From the IMG/VR virus record IMGVR_UViG_3300042393_000397, positions 1 through 31,960 of that record: 31,960 bases of DNA; one strand, 5' to 3'. This DNA comes from a virus. Its lineage: Duplodnaviria > Caudoviricetes. A program made the translations under genes and the position numbers. Every line of letters starts with the position of its first letter. Positions within the stretch are counted from its first letter, which is position 1. This document shows positions 24,812 to 31,960 of the stretch, piece by piece. The notes under the pieces are model-generated. The model did no database searches and was not told the origin of the DNA. It saw nothing but the letters and a program-made list of their open reading frames with translations.

Positions 24812-24824
24812 AATATAAAAAATA

Positions 24825-24902
24825 AACCCCTCTCAAATGATACCGCCAAGTACAAAAGAGAAGGGTTGTTAATGTTTTCACTTTGGCGGTTGTACAAATA
24901 TA
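24825..24902 (-). promoter_or_regulatory. TAnnTTTG promoter (24895-24902) plus structured leader with terminator-like hairpin
   Basis: ACCGCCAA can pair with TTGGCGGT inside the loop of stem AACCCTTCTC/GAGAGGGGTT, which is followed by a U-rich tract. Confidence 0.65.
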
Positions 24903-24921
24903 TATATTTTATTTTAATAAT

Positions 24922-26139
24922 CTAATTATTTTCTTTAAATATTTTTAATGTATAATCTTTTTTCTTAAGTACTGTTTTATAAATGTCTTTTTCAATACCA
25001 TTTTTTGAGAATATCCAAAAGACCTCATTCTCCTGTCGTTGCATAGTGGTGAGCCTATCTCGGCTTTGCCAGTAACTCGTTGCACTGAAATCAATATTGT
25101 AATAAACTAAGTACTTTGCGTTTTTTAAACTTATTCCCTCTCTACCGCTTACAATTTGTAAAGCGATACATTTATTAGTATTGTCAAATTCCTCAACGCT
25201 ATCGGTTAGTAATGAGCCGTAAACTAATTTCAAAGCAATATACTCAGCTTTAAACTTATAAAAAATAGCGATTTTTTCTCCCATAAATTTATCGAGGATA
25301 AAATTTGCCTTTGACATATCAATTACTTTTGAAGTGCCATCCTCAAATTTACAAGTTCCAGAACTAATTTGATGCACCTTTTGCATCAATTTTACACCAG
25401 TATCTCCGAGAATAACCTGACCTTCTGAGTTTTTAACTACTAAGTCACGCTTTAATCGTTTTATTATTTCGTTTGTTATTGGTAGCATTTCACATTCTAA
25501 AACCATTTCCTTAACCGAAGTAGTAAATCCTGCCTGAGCCTGAGTAAAAGTAATAATATAATTTTGCAATATGCGTTTGATTAACCCCTCGTTAGCATCG
25601 GAATAATCTTTAATCATTCCATAACTTATTCGCTTTTGAGTTACATTCACAAAGTCAACCGCCCATTTATAAAAATTAGTGTATTCTTTAAATGGTGAGT
25701 AATCGGAAATCCAAAACTGGTGAAACCATTGCGAATGGCTCTCTGGAGTTGGCGTTCCACTCAAAAAAATCATAGGCAATTTTGAATAAAGTTTTTTAAA
25801 TAACTGAGCCACTTTGTTTGGCTTTGGAAACGCTCCGAAACGGTGATGCTCATCGTGTATAATCAAATCAAAACTTCCATCGACTAAATGTAAAGACTCA
25901 TCGTTTATAATTGTCAAATTAAACTCAAATCCAAAATTATCGTAATCCCATTGTATTGAAGATATTGCTTTTTTCTTTGTAAGGAATAATACATTTGTTG
26001 CTCCGAATAGCTTTGCGGTATTGAGAGCGGTGAGAGTCTTGCCTGTTCTCACTTCCATCGCTAAATATACTATTTTTTTTTGCTTAAGAATTTCAACGGC
26101 TTTGGTTGAGATATTCTCTTGGTATGGTCTTAGTTCCAT
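24922..26139 (-). CDS. SF2 (SNF2-like) helicase
   Basis: LRPYQ, RTGKT, DEHH, LSGTP, SGREGISL and QSRDR motifs. Confidence 0.9.
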   Translation of the reverse strand: MELRPYQENISTKAVEILKQKKIVYLAMEVRTGKTLTALNTAKLFGATNVLFLTKKKAISSIQWDYDNFGFEFNLTIINDESLHLVDGSFDLIIHDEHHRFGAFPKPNKVAQLFKKLYSKLPMIFLSGTPTPESHSQWFHQFWISDYSPFKEYTNFYKWAVDFVNVTQKRISYGMIKDYSDANEGLIKRILQNYIITFTQAQAGFTTSVKEMVLECEMLPITNEIIKRLKRDLVVKNSEGQVILGDTGVKLMQKVHQISSGTCKFEDGTSKVIDMSKANFILDKFMGEKIAIFYKFKAEYIALKLVYGSLLTDSVEEFDNTNKCIALQIVSGREGISLKNAKYLVYYNIDFSATSYWQSRDRLTTMQRQENEVFWIFSKNGIEKDIYKTVLKKKDYTLKIFKENN

Positions 26140-26141
26140 AA

Positions 26142-28502
26142 TTAAAAAGCTACTTCGTTATCGTCTTCCAAGTTCTCGTCTGTCTTAATCATAAACCATT
26201 GCAACCCATTTGTATTATCTGCATTATATTCGTACTTCATAAATGAGCAAAATTTTTGCACCCAAATATTAAATTTCTTACGAGTCAACCATTTTTTAAA
26301 GTCTGGGTATTCCTCGATAAATTTATCAAAATAAAACTTTTTATCGAGCCTATCATTATGCGGTACATTATCTCTGTCCTTAATCCAATCAAAAAATTCC
26401 ATTGCAGTCTCAGCTATAAATTTACGCATTTTAATATTCTTAGCGTTTTGTTTTACTAAGCCAGTTTTTAAAAATAATTGTAAACAATATACAATATAAT
26501 TATCAAATTTATTAAAATCGTCAAGTGTCCAATCGTCAAATAATTGTCTTCCGAACTCATCCTCTGGAGTTAAATCTTTGCCATAAAATTGTGCTATCTC
26601 TAATTCGTACCTTCTGCGGTCGTGACTATTTCCCTCGCCTCGAATTGCGTAATTTGTTGAAATTATAAGTTTTGGGCTTTCGTGTACGTTTAACTTAACC
26701 GCATCTTTATTTTTACGCTCCAAAGTTAAACCCTCAGTCACTAAACTGAATTTTTCCTCAAAGTTGAAATTCTTAACCACATCGTCAAAAACTAATATCT
26801 TTGTGTCAAGTGAGACAGTTTGATAAGGAAATGATTTTTTACCATCAAATAATTTACCATCAATTATTGAGGTTTTTCTAATTTGGTTTATACCTTGTAC
26901 AAATACACCCTTACCAGTTCCGCCCTCTGGATTTTCACTTATAACCTCATCGTTTAATATAATAGCCTTATTATTGCTTCTATTCTTATAAGTTGATATT
27001 AGATACCCAATTGCACATTCAATCGCTAACGGCTCGTTATTTGATATGTTAAGAATAAATTTTTTATAATCGTTTTCAAACTCATCTAATTCTATAAAAT
27101 CCCGTTTTAAAATATGCTCCTCCCATATATAAAAATCAATGTCAATATAATCTACTAATTTAATTTCGTTTTTTGTAATTTCTAAAACTCCATTATTAAA
27201 TGCGATATATGATATCTCTCTGCTATCGGTTAACATTTTTAATTCAATGCTCTCGAGCATTAAAAGAAAATTCTCAGCAAATAAATTTTGATATTTTGCA
27301 CAATAATTCCAAACTTCAAACTCTTTTTTATCCATTAAATAATCCAGTACAAAATCCTTTATTATTTCAACGCTTGTTATTTTTACTTTATTAGATTTTA
27401 TAAATACCCAAGTAGGTTTTTGGCTATCGTTTGGATAATGTTTTTTAAATCCGTTTCGCTCTAAAAACAATTTGTATTTTAATGAGTCAATTGAGATTTT
27501 TGTATTTCCTTTTTTGTCAATATTTGAATACCAAAAATCTTCGTGTTCGATTACTTCCTTTAATTCGTTGAAAGTATCCTCCGAAATACCGTGTTTTTTA
27601 ATAACTACGTCTTTGCCTTTTTTAATATCCAATTTTACCTTATCAATTTTTTGATAGTCTTCGAAATATTTACAACCAAATTGACGTTTTTTGTATGCCG
27701 ATTTTATTGTGGTCTTAGCCTCAATTTCTGAGAAGTCACCTATTACTACATTATTTAAAATATATCCCTCTGCGGTGTATTGACTAATTCCATATTCGCA
27801 AAACATACCAGCCAAATCAAAAATAAAAGCATTACGCTCACCTTCTACAAAATCTTTTTTCCAATCAAAAGACATTATTTTTTCAATTATTTTATCCTCA
27901 TCATTTATTGGAATAAGTGGGGCTTTTTCGTGGTTTGAATAACCTGTGTCAATTAAAACTGGATCGTAAATAATTGCGTTTTCATTAATATAAATTAATG
28001 GATCAAAAGACTCATAACAAACTCGGTCAATATTGCAACTTGAGCCATCCCAATAATCAAAATCAAACTCCTTTTTAAAAGCTTTAAAAACCTTTGGAAA
28101 AGTTTCTTTTGTTATATTTTGAGAAACTTTAATAACTCCTTTTAAACCTTGCCCACTTGGAGAGGTAAATATTAAAACAAAGTGAGGATTACGCTCCAGC
28201 ATAGTTCTATGTTGAAGCATAACCTCATCATTCTCATATTTATCAAAATCCAAACACATTAAGCCAGACGCTTTTATAAGTCCATTACCATTCCTTTGTG
28301 CAAATTCACCAGCAAATATAATGCAAGGTAATTCCTGTTTAATAAAATCCGCCTCGTCTTTTGATTGAGCAGCACGAACTCGATTAATAATTTCAATAGA
28401 CTTACCTTGTTTTATTCTATTGTAAATTTTTTTTAAATCCACCAAGTATGGTGTATCCTTTGATTTTAATAAATCTTTAAAAACTGAAAATTGATATTCC
28501 AT
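26142..28502 (-). CDS. Primase-helicase (BT4734/VirE-N-like primase domain, PriCT, SF3 helicase)
   Basis: K..LP...F.G.F, CLDFD, FTSPSGQGLK; EGERN (PriCT); Walker A GGTGKG, VFDD, ISTN. Confidence 0.85.
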   Translation of the reverse strand: MEYQFSVFKDLLKSKDTPYLVDLKKIYNRIKQGKSIEIINRVRAAQSKDEADFIKQELPCIIFAGEFAQRNGNGLIKASGLMCLDFDKYENDEVMLQHRTMLERNPHFVLIFTSPSGQGLKGVIKVSQNITKETFPKVFKAFKKEFDFDYWDGSSCNIDRVCYESFDPLIYINENAIIYDPVLIDTGYSNHEKAPLIPINDEDKIIEKIMSFDWKKDFVEGERNAFIFDLAGMFCEYGISQYTAEGYILNNVVIGDFSEIEAKTTIKSAYKKRQFGCKYFEDYQKIDKVKLDIKKGKDVVIKKHGISEDTFNELKEVIEHEDFWYSNIDKKGNTKISIDSLKYKLFLERNGFKKHYPNDSQKPTWVFIKSNKVKITSVEIIKDFVLDYLMDKKEFEVWNYCAKYQNLFAENFLLMLESIELKMLTDSREISYIAFNNGVLEITKNEIKLVDYIDIDFYIWEEHILKRDFIELDEFENDYKKFILNISNNEPLAIECAIGYLISTYKNRSNNKAIILNDEVISENPEGGTGKGVFVQGINQIRKTSIIDGKLFDGKKSFPYQTVSLDTKILVFDDVVKNFNFEEKFSLVTEGLTLERKNKDAVKLNVHESPKLIISTNYAIRGEGNSHDRRRYELEIAQFYGKDLTPEDEFGRQLFDDWTLDDFNKFDNYIVYCLQLFLKTGLVKQNAKNIKMRKFIAETAMEFFDWIKDRDNVPHNDRLDKKFYFDKFIEEYPDFKKWLTRKKFNIWVQKFCSFMKYEYNADNTNGLQWFMIKTDENLEDDNEVAF

Positions 28503-28518
28503 AATTTTATAAAAAGTT

Positions 28519-28604
28519 AATGCCCTACACCATCCGCTGGTAGTCGGTTGGCATAAGGCATTGATAATATTTTTAATAGCTACCAGACTACAAATGCAAA
28601 TATA
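28519..28604 (-). promoter_or_regulatory. TAnnTTTG promoter (28597-28604) plus structured leader of the primase gene
   Basis: 5' CTGGTAG can pair with CTACCAG in the loop of a 14+3 bp stem (28519-28562). Confidence 0.65.
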
Positions 28605-28748
28605 TATATATTATTTTAATTATACTAATTTTTTTTAAAAAAAACATAGCAAACATTTTTTTATCTTTTTGACCCCCCCCTATTTAATTAATCAACTCTC
28701 TTTTGTAGGGGGTATATGAAAACCCATTCAAATGATTGCTATTGACAT

Positions 28749-28782
28749 AAAAAAACCCCTTACAATTAAGTAAAGGGTTTTT
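28749..28782 (-). terminator. Intrinsic terminator after the SSB-like gene
   Basis: Minus strand AAAACCCTTTAC-TTAATT-GTAAGGGGTTTTTTT. Confidence 0.8.
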
Positions 28783-28802
28783 AACTAACTAACCAAACAA
28801 TA

Positions 28803-29483
28803 TTAAAACTCCAATTCGTCTTCCTCGATAACCTCTTCGTCAATTACTTCAATCTCGGTTGGCTCAACTTTACTTAAATAAGTTTTAAGATATGCCTCCA
28901 ATGTATTGAATGCCTCATCGGCTAAGTCTGCCTCAGCATCGGATATTGACTTTTTAAATTTAAACTCTGGAGTTGTATATTTTACCGCTCCTTTTTTACC
29001 TTCTACAAAGTTGGCAACCTCAACCCATTCGTCTGTCAAACGTGATCGTGTCTTTGCTGTGAAATCTCCGTAAGATTGACACGATGCTCCTTTTAATTGT
29101 AAATTTGCAATTGAGCCGTCTTCGAGCATTACATAAATACTTTTTACATAATGCGCTCCTGCGGATTTGACCTTCTCTTTAATGTCTTTGTAAAGACCTT
29201 TGGCAATCTCGTTGCCTTTAAATGGTTTTACTGTCATTACGTCTTTTGAAATCCATTTTACCTCGTTGGAATAAATAGCCGATTGAGTTGCGTCATTCCA
29301 ACCTTTTACGGTGTGTAATTCGTCTAAGACTAAAAATTTAAACGGTAATGGCAAAGCGACATTTTCTTTGGTTTCTTTGTCGTAATAATTAAAGCATTTG
29401 TCGTTTGATTTCCAGTCGATAAATTTTGTAGCTGGATTGGTTTGTGGTTGTGCAAACGCCTGTCTGCGGTTTGAAGTACTCAT
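28803..29483 (-). CDS. Putative single-stranded DNA-binding protein
   Basis: Beta-rich and aromatic with acidic tail EVIDEEVIEEDELEF; upstream of the primase-helicase. Confidence 0.6.
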   Translation of the reverse strand: MSTSNRRQAFAQPQTNPATKFIDWKSNDKCFNYYDKETKENVALPLPFKFLVLDELHTVKGWNDATQSAIYSNEVKWISKDVMTVKPFKGNEIAKGLYKDIKEKVKSAGAHYVKSIYVMLEDGSIANLQLKGASCQSYGDFTAKTRSRLTDEWVEVANFVEGKKGAVKYTTPEFKFKKSISDAEADLADEAFNTLEAYLKTYLSKVEPTEIEVIDEEVIEEDELEF

Positions 29484-29500
29484 AACATTTATTTATTTAT

Positions 29501-29555
29501 GGAGTGAAATTAAGATGCCCACCCCTTGCATCGGTTATTATGAATTACAAATATA
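29501..29555 (-). promoter_or_regulatory. TAnnTTTG promoter (29548-29555) plus H-type pseudoknot leader (29501-29532)
   Basis: GATGC-AAGGGGTGG-GCATC-TTAATTT-CACTCC, then ATAAATAAATAAATGTT-ATG. Confidence 0.6.
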
Positions 29556-29559
29556 GTAA

Positions 29560-29742
29560 TTATAATGTTGACTTTATAATTAAACAATCATTTTTTTTAT
29601 AATCGTGTACTAATCTTTGCAATACTGAGTAACGTACGTTTAAATCGTCAGCCACGCTTTGAATGCCATTATTTTGAAAAATAAAATAATACTCCAACAT
29701 TAAGATTTTCTTTTTTTGATTACAATAATTAATTTTTGCCAT
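29560..29742 (-). CDS. Small HTH-like protein
   Basis: GIQSVADDLNVRYSVLQRLV resembles a helix-turn-helix. Confidence 0.55.
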   Translation of the reverse strand: MAKINYCNQKKKILMLEYYFIFQNNGIQSVADDLNVRYSVLQRLVHDYKKNDCLIIKSTL

Positions 29743-29848
29743 TTTTTATTATTTTTCTGTATAATGTATTTACCCTTTCGGAGTTTATTCCCCTATTATA
29801 ATAAAAATTTAAAACTCTTTTTATTCTGTAAAGATTGGATCGTTTCAT
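29729..29848 (-). CDS. 39-aa basic protein (not in ORF track)
   Basis: MKRSNLYRIKRVLNFYYNRGINSERVNTLYRKIIKNGKN; ATGA overlap with the upstream gene. Confidence 0.6.
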   Translation of the reverse strand: MKRSNLYRIKRVLNFYYNRGINSERVNTLYRKIIKNGKN

Positions 29849-30051
29849 ACTTCGTATAAATGTATAAATTTATAGCTATTTGTAAACCCACCCCAATCAA
29901 CCACTACTGGCAATTCTTTTGTGCGAGTTCTATCCTCGTTATCGTTGCCAATTTCAACAATTACTCCTGTCACTTCCGTTGGGTTGTGTCGGTTATTTTC
30001 TCTTGCGTAATCGCAATCGTGCTTTAATCTAACTTTTTGACCTATTCTCAT
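29845..30051 (-). CDS. Small SH3-like hypothetical protein
   Basis: IGQKVRL...GVIVEI...VVDW pattern. Confidence 0.55.
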   Translation of the reverse strand: MRIGQKVRLKHDCDYARENNRHNPTEVTGVIVEIGNDNEDRTRTKELPVVVDWGGFTNSYKFIHLYEV

Positions 30052-30053
30052 AA

Positions 30054-30497
30054 TTAAAATTTTAATGTTATACTTGATTTTCTTGGCGTTGTTGAAACTT
30101 TTGGCACTTGGTTACCGTAAGCATCGAACGTGTCTTGTTTTTGGGCTAATTTTAACTGCTCAGTCCTTGCATCGAGGTCGGCTTTAATAGTTGCCCACAC
30201 CTCATCGTCTGAATAGTTGATAGTATCGCCTCCGTTTACTGGTGTAAAATCAACTCCATAAACGCTCATTTTTTCCTCTGGTAAATGTTTACGCATTTCA
30301 TTATCTGCGGAGTTGACAACCTCTTTTAATCTGCAAATATTCGCCATAAATTGATGCTTATCTACTTCTCCGCTTTCGATTACATTGTCGACCATTCTTT
30401 TACCAGTTAAGATTGCATCTTTTTTGGTGAACGTTGGCTCGTACATTGTTACCAATTGCTCCGAGTTTTCTAAAAATCTAACTGCACTTTGTCCCAT
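30054..30497 (-). CDS. Hypothetical protein (early/recombination region)
   Basis: 147-aa ORF, tightly packed with its neighbours. Confidence 0.65.
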   Translation of the reverse strand: MGQSAVRFLENSEQLVTMYEPTFTKKDAILTGKRMVDNVIESGEVDKHQFMANICRLKEVVNSADNEMRKHLPEEKMSVYGVDFTPVNGGDTINYSDDEVWATIKADLDARTEQLKLAQKQDTFDAYGNQVPKVSTTPRKSSITLKF

Positions 30498-30498
30498 A

Positions 30499-30615
30499 TT
30501 AATTTATTCTTTGGTAAGCGTTACACATTTGCTCGTTGTCTGCATAATGAATTGATTGGATAACCTTTCGCATCCATTTGTCAAACTTTTTAACTTCTTT
30601 TAAATTCGTTTCCAT
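30499..30615 (-). CDS. 38-aa protein (not in ORF track)
   Basis: METNLKEVKKFDKWMRKVIQSIHYADNEQMCNAYQRIN; tiles with its neighbours. Confidence 0.55.
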   Translation of the reverse strand: METNLKEVKKFDKWMRKVIQSIHYADNEQMCNAYQRIN

Positions 30616-30743
30616 TTTTCTATTGATTTTTCGATTAATAATTTTATTTGATTTTCTGCCTCAGCTGGTATTAATTTATGAAGGATTTTAGTTTGTGTGC
30701 CTTCTTTAAATTTTGACTTTCGCCCTGCGTTCCTTTCGTTCAT
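30600..30743 (-). CDS. 47-aa putative DNA-binding protein (not in ORF track)
   Basis: MNERNAGRKSKFKEGTQTKILHKLIPAEAENQIKLLIEKSIEKWKRI: AGRK hook, then strand and helix; ATGA overlap. Confidence 0.6.
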   Translation of the reverse strand: MNERNAGRKSKFKEGTQTKILHKLIPAEAENQIKLLIEKSIEKWKRI

Positions 30744-30895
30744 ATTTCGTCAATTTTGTAAACTCTTTTTATAACAAGGTTTAATTTATAAAAATTCTCT
30801 AAGGCGTTAAGTATGTTTTCGCCTTTTACTTCCAACTCGCAACTGTGGCACTCATCGGATAATTCTCTGAAATAATAAATTACAAATGTTCTCAT
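30740..30895 (-). CDS. 51-aa protein (not in ORF track)
   Basis: MRTFVIYYFRELSDECHSCELEVKGENILNALENFYKLNLVIKRVYKIDEI; ATGA overlaps at both ends. Confidence 0.6.
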   Translation of the reverse strand: MRTFVIYYFRELSDECHSCELEVKGENILNALENFYKLNLVIKRVYKIDEI

Positions 30896-31098
30896 ATAAA
30901 TAAATTATTAATGTCTTTAATATTAAATGATATATCGGTGCATCTTACTAATGTCAATACAACGTCTAATCTAATTTCAAAAACGTGGTTTATTTGCATC
31001 AATTCGTTTTTTAATTTCGCAACGGTTGCTGGAAATTCTATTGCCTCTTGATCTAATTTAGCCAAAGCCTCTGGAGATAATTTTTTTAGTAAATTCAT
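30892..31098 (-). CDS. Hypothetical early protein
   Basis: 68 aa; overlaps both neighbours. Confidence 0.6.
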   Translation of the reverse strand: MNLLKKLSPEALAKLDQEAIEFPATVAKLKNELMQINHVFEIRLDVVLTLVRCTDISFNIKDINNLFI

Positions 31099-31190
31099 TA
31101 CGCTCTAAATATTAATTGAGTTAAAAAATACACCGCCATAATTAAAACGAATGCGTGTTGGTACTTTGCTTTTGATAAAAATGTTTTCAT
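31098..31190 (-). CDS. 30-aa single-TM peptide (not in ORF track)
   Basis: MKTFLSKAKYQHAFVLIMAVYFLTQLIFRA; TAATG overlap with the next gene; A-rich leader. Confidence 0.6.
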   Translation of the reverse strand: MKTFLSKAKYQHAFVLIMAVYFLTQLIFRA

Positions 31191-31216
31191 TTGTTTTTGT
31201 TTTAAGATTAATTTCA

Positions 31217-31244
31217 AAGCCTTATTAATTATTTAATAAGGCTT
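31217..31244. repeat. Perfect 12-bp inverted repeat over the stop of the first early gene
   Basis: AAGCCTTATTAA-TTAT-TTAATAAGGCTT. Confidence 0.7.
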
Positions 31245-31392
31245 GTATTTTTTCATAGTGAAATAAAATTTCTTTTGTTTTATTTAATTCCATTTCAATT
31301 TGTGTAGATTGTGTTTTATGTAATTTTTTACCTAATTCAGTAACTTTAACTTCTAATTTTTCTATTTGTTTTGTAATATTTGAAAGTGTCAT
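31225..31392 (-). CDS. 55-aa coiled-coil first early protein (not in ORF track)
   Basis: MTLSNITKQIEKLEVKVTELGKKLHKTQSTQIEMELNKTKEILFHYEKIQALLNN, directly after the early promoter. Confidence 0.6.
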   Translation of the reverse strand: MTLSNITKQIEKLEVKVTELGKKLHKTQSTQIEMELNKTKEILFHYEKIQALLNN

Positions 31393-31429
31393 AATTCCTA
31401 TTTTTTAATTCGTTGTTGTTATCTGAGTA

Positions 31430-31437
31430 CAAATATA
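31430..31437 (-). promoter_or_regulatory. Early promoter -7 element TATATTTG
   Basis: Bacteroidetes TAnnTTTG consensus in the AT-rich gap between the lysis and early genes. Confidence 0.65.
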
Positions 31438-31506
31438 TAACAATAAATTAATTAAACAACAATTAATTAAAAATAAGTGTTGTTTATATTAATTCTAAAT
31501 AAGAAA

Positions 31507-31960
31507 TTATATTTTAAAAGGTATAAAATATTTTTTAAAGTAGTAAATTATTAATACAATAATCAATAACCAAAGCCACCAAAGCGAAGTAATAATAGAC
31601 TCTTTGCGTTCTATTTGTTTTATGGCTTGTTTTGTTTGTTTTTCGGCTTTTATATTTGTTTTGCGACTACTTTGTACACTTTCATTTTTTAGTGTCTTAT
31701 TTCGGCTTATTTCGCTTTTATATTTTAACTTTGCATTTAAGTACGAAGTCTTTTTGCCTTGAGCATCTATAATAATAATTGGCTTTATCCTATCAATTGG
31801 CACAATCTCAAACTCGTTGCTTTTTATTTCAGTCGTTGAGTCTGTTTTTGTTTGGATTTTAACCGAGTCTGTGACGGTTATCTGTGTTTTAGTTTGCGTT
31901 TCGGTGTTACTTTTATTCACTTTACGAGTTCCGCATCCAATCAATAGAAATAATAAAAAT
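31507..31960 (-). CDS. Putative unimolecular spanin (body and C-terminal TM; start codon at 187 across the junction)
   Basis: Lipobox LIGC, Thr/Lys-rich periplasmic part, C-terminal TM SLWWLWLLIIVLIIYYF followed by KK. Confidence 0.75.
   Translation of the reverse strand, partial: FLLFLLIGCGTRKVNKSNTETQTKTQITVTDSVKIQTKTDSTTEIKSNEFEIVPIDRIKPIIIIDAQGKKTSYLNAKLKYKSEISRNKTLKNESVQSSRKTNIKAEKQTKQAIKQIERKESIITSLWWLWLLIIVLIIYYFKKYFIPFKI
31785..31960. repeat. Terminal direct repeat, right copy
   Basis: 175/176 identical to 1-176. Confidence 0.95.

Noticed and set aside
33-27654. All plus-strand ORFs in the track (e.g. 10582..10989, 13135..13515, 13917..14240, 17831..18157, 24258..24455)
   Set aside because: Antisense shadows of well-supported minus-strand genes, mostly with non-ATG starts and no recognisable motifs.
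1-31960. Alternative genetic code or lysogeny module
   Set aside because: Genes tile densely under code 11 using all three stop codons; no integrase, CI/Cro pair or partition genes were recognised.

Overview
The window is an apparently complete, circularly permuted ~31.8 kb tailed (siphovirus-like) phage genome. Bases 1-176 repeat 31785-31960 with one synonymous mismatch, giving a unit length of 31,784 bp. It is AT-rich, and Bacteroidetes-type TAnnTTTG promoters point to a Flavobacterium-like host. Every credible gene is on the minus strand. In transcription order: small early genes; SSB-like protein; primase-SF3 helicase; SF2 helicase; accessory block; VRR-NUC nuclease; DNA methyltransferase; sigma-like factor; TerS/TerL; tail chaperone with a -1 frameshift; tail, head and portal genes; fibres; and a lysis block (two holin-like proteins, DUF5675-like lysin, metallophosphoesterase, unimolecular spanin). 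I found no integrase, repressor or DNA polymerase. The most striking unexplained structure is at 22.9-24.4 kb: two integron-like gene cassettes, each closed by an attC-like hairpin whose arm is complementary to the cassette start. Each lies next to a copy of the same 28-bp attI-like site, with the putative crossover G 33 bp from the start codon of an RHH gene (intact in one copy, truncated in the other). Also notable are three pseudoknot-forming 5' leaders (one on the SSB gene, like T4 gene 32), a fixed-spacing, probably leaderless late promoter, and a peptide motif shared by a 53-aa protein and the tail hub. Family assignments come from motif recognition by eye, not database searches.
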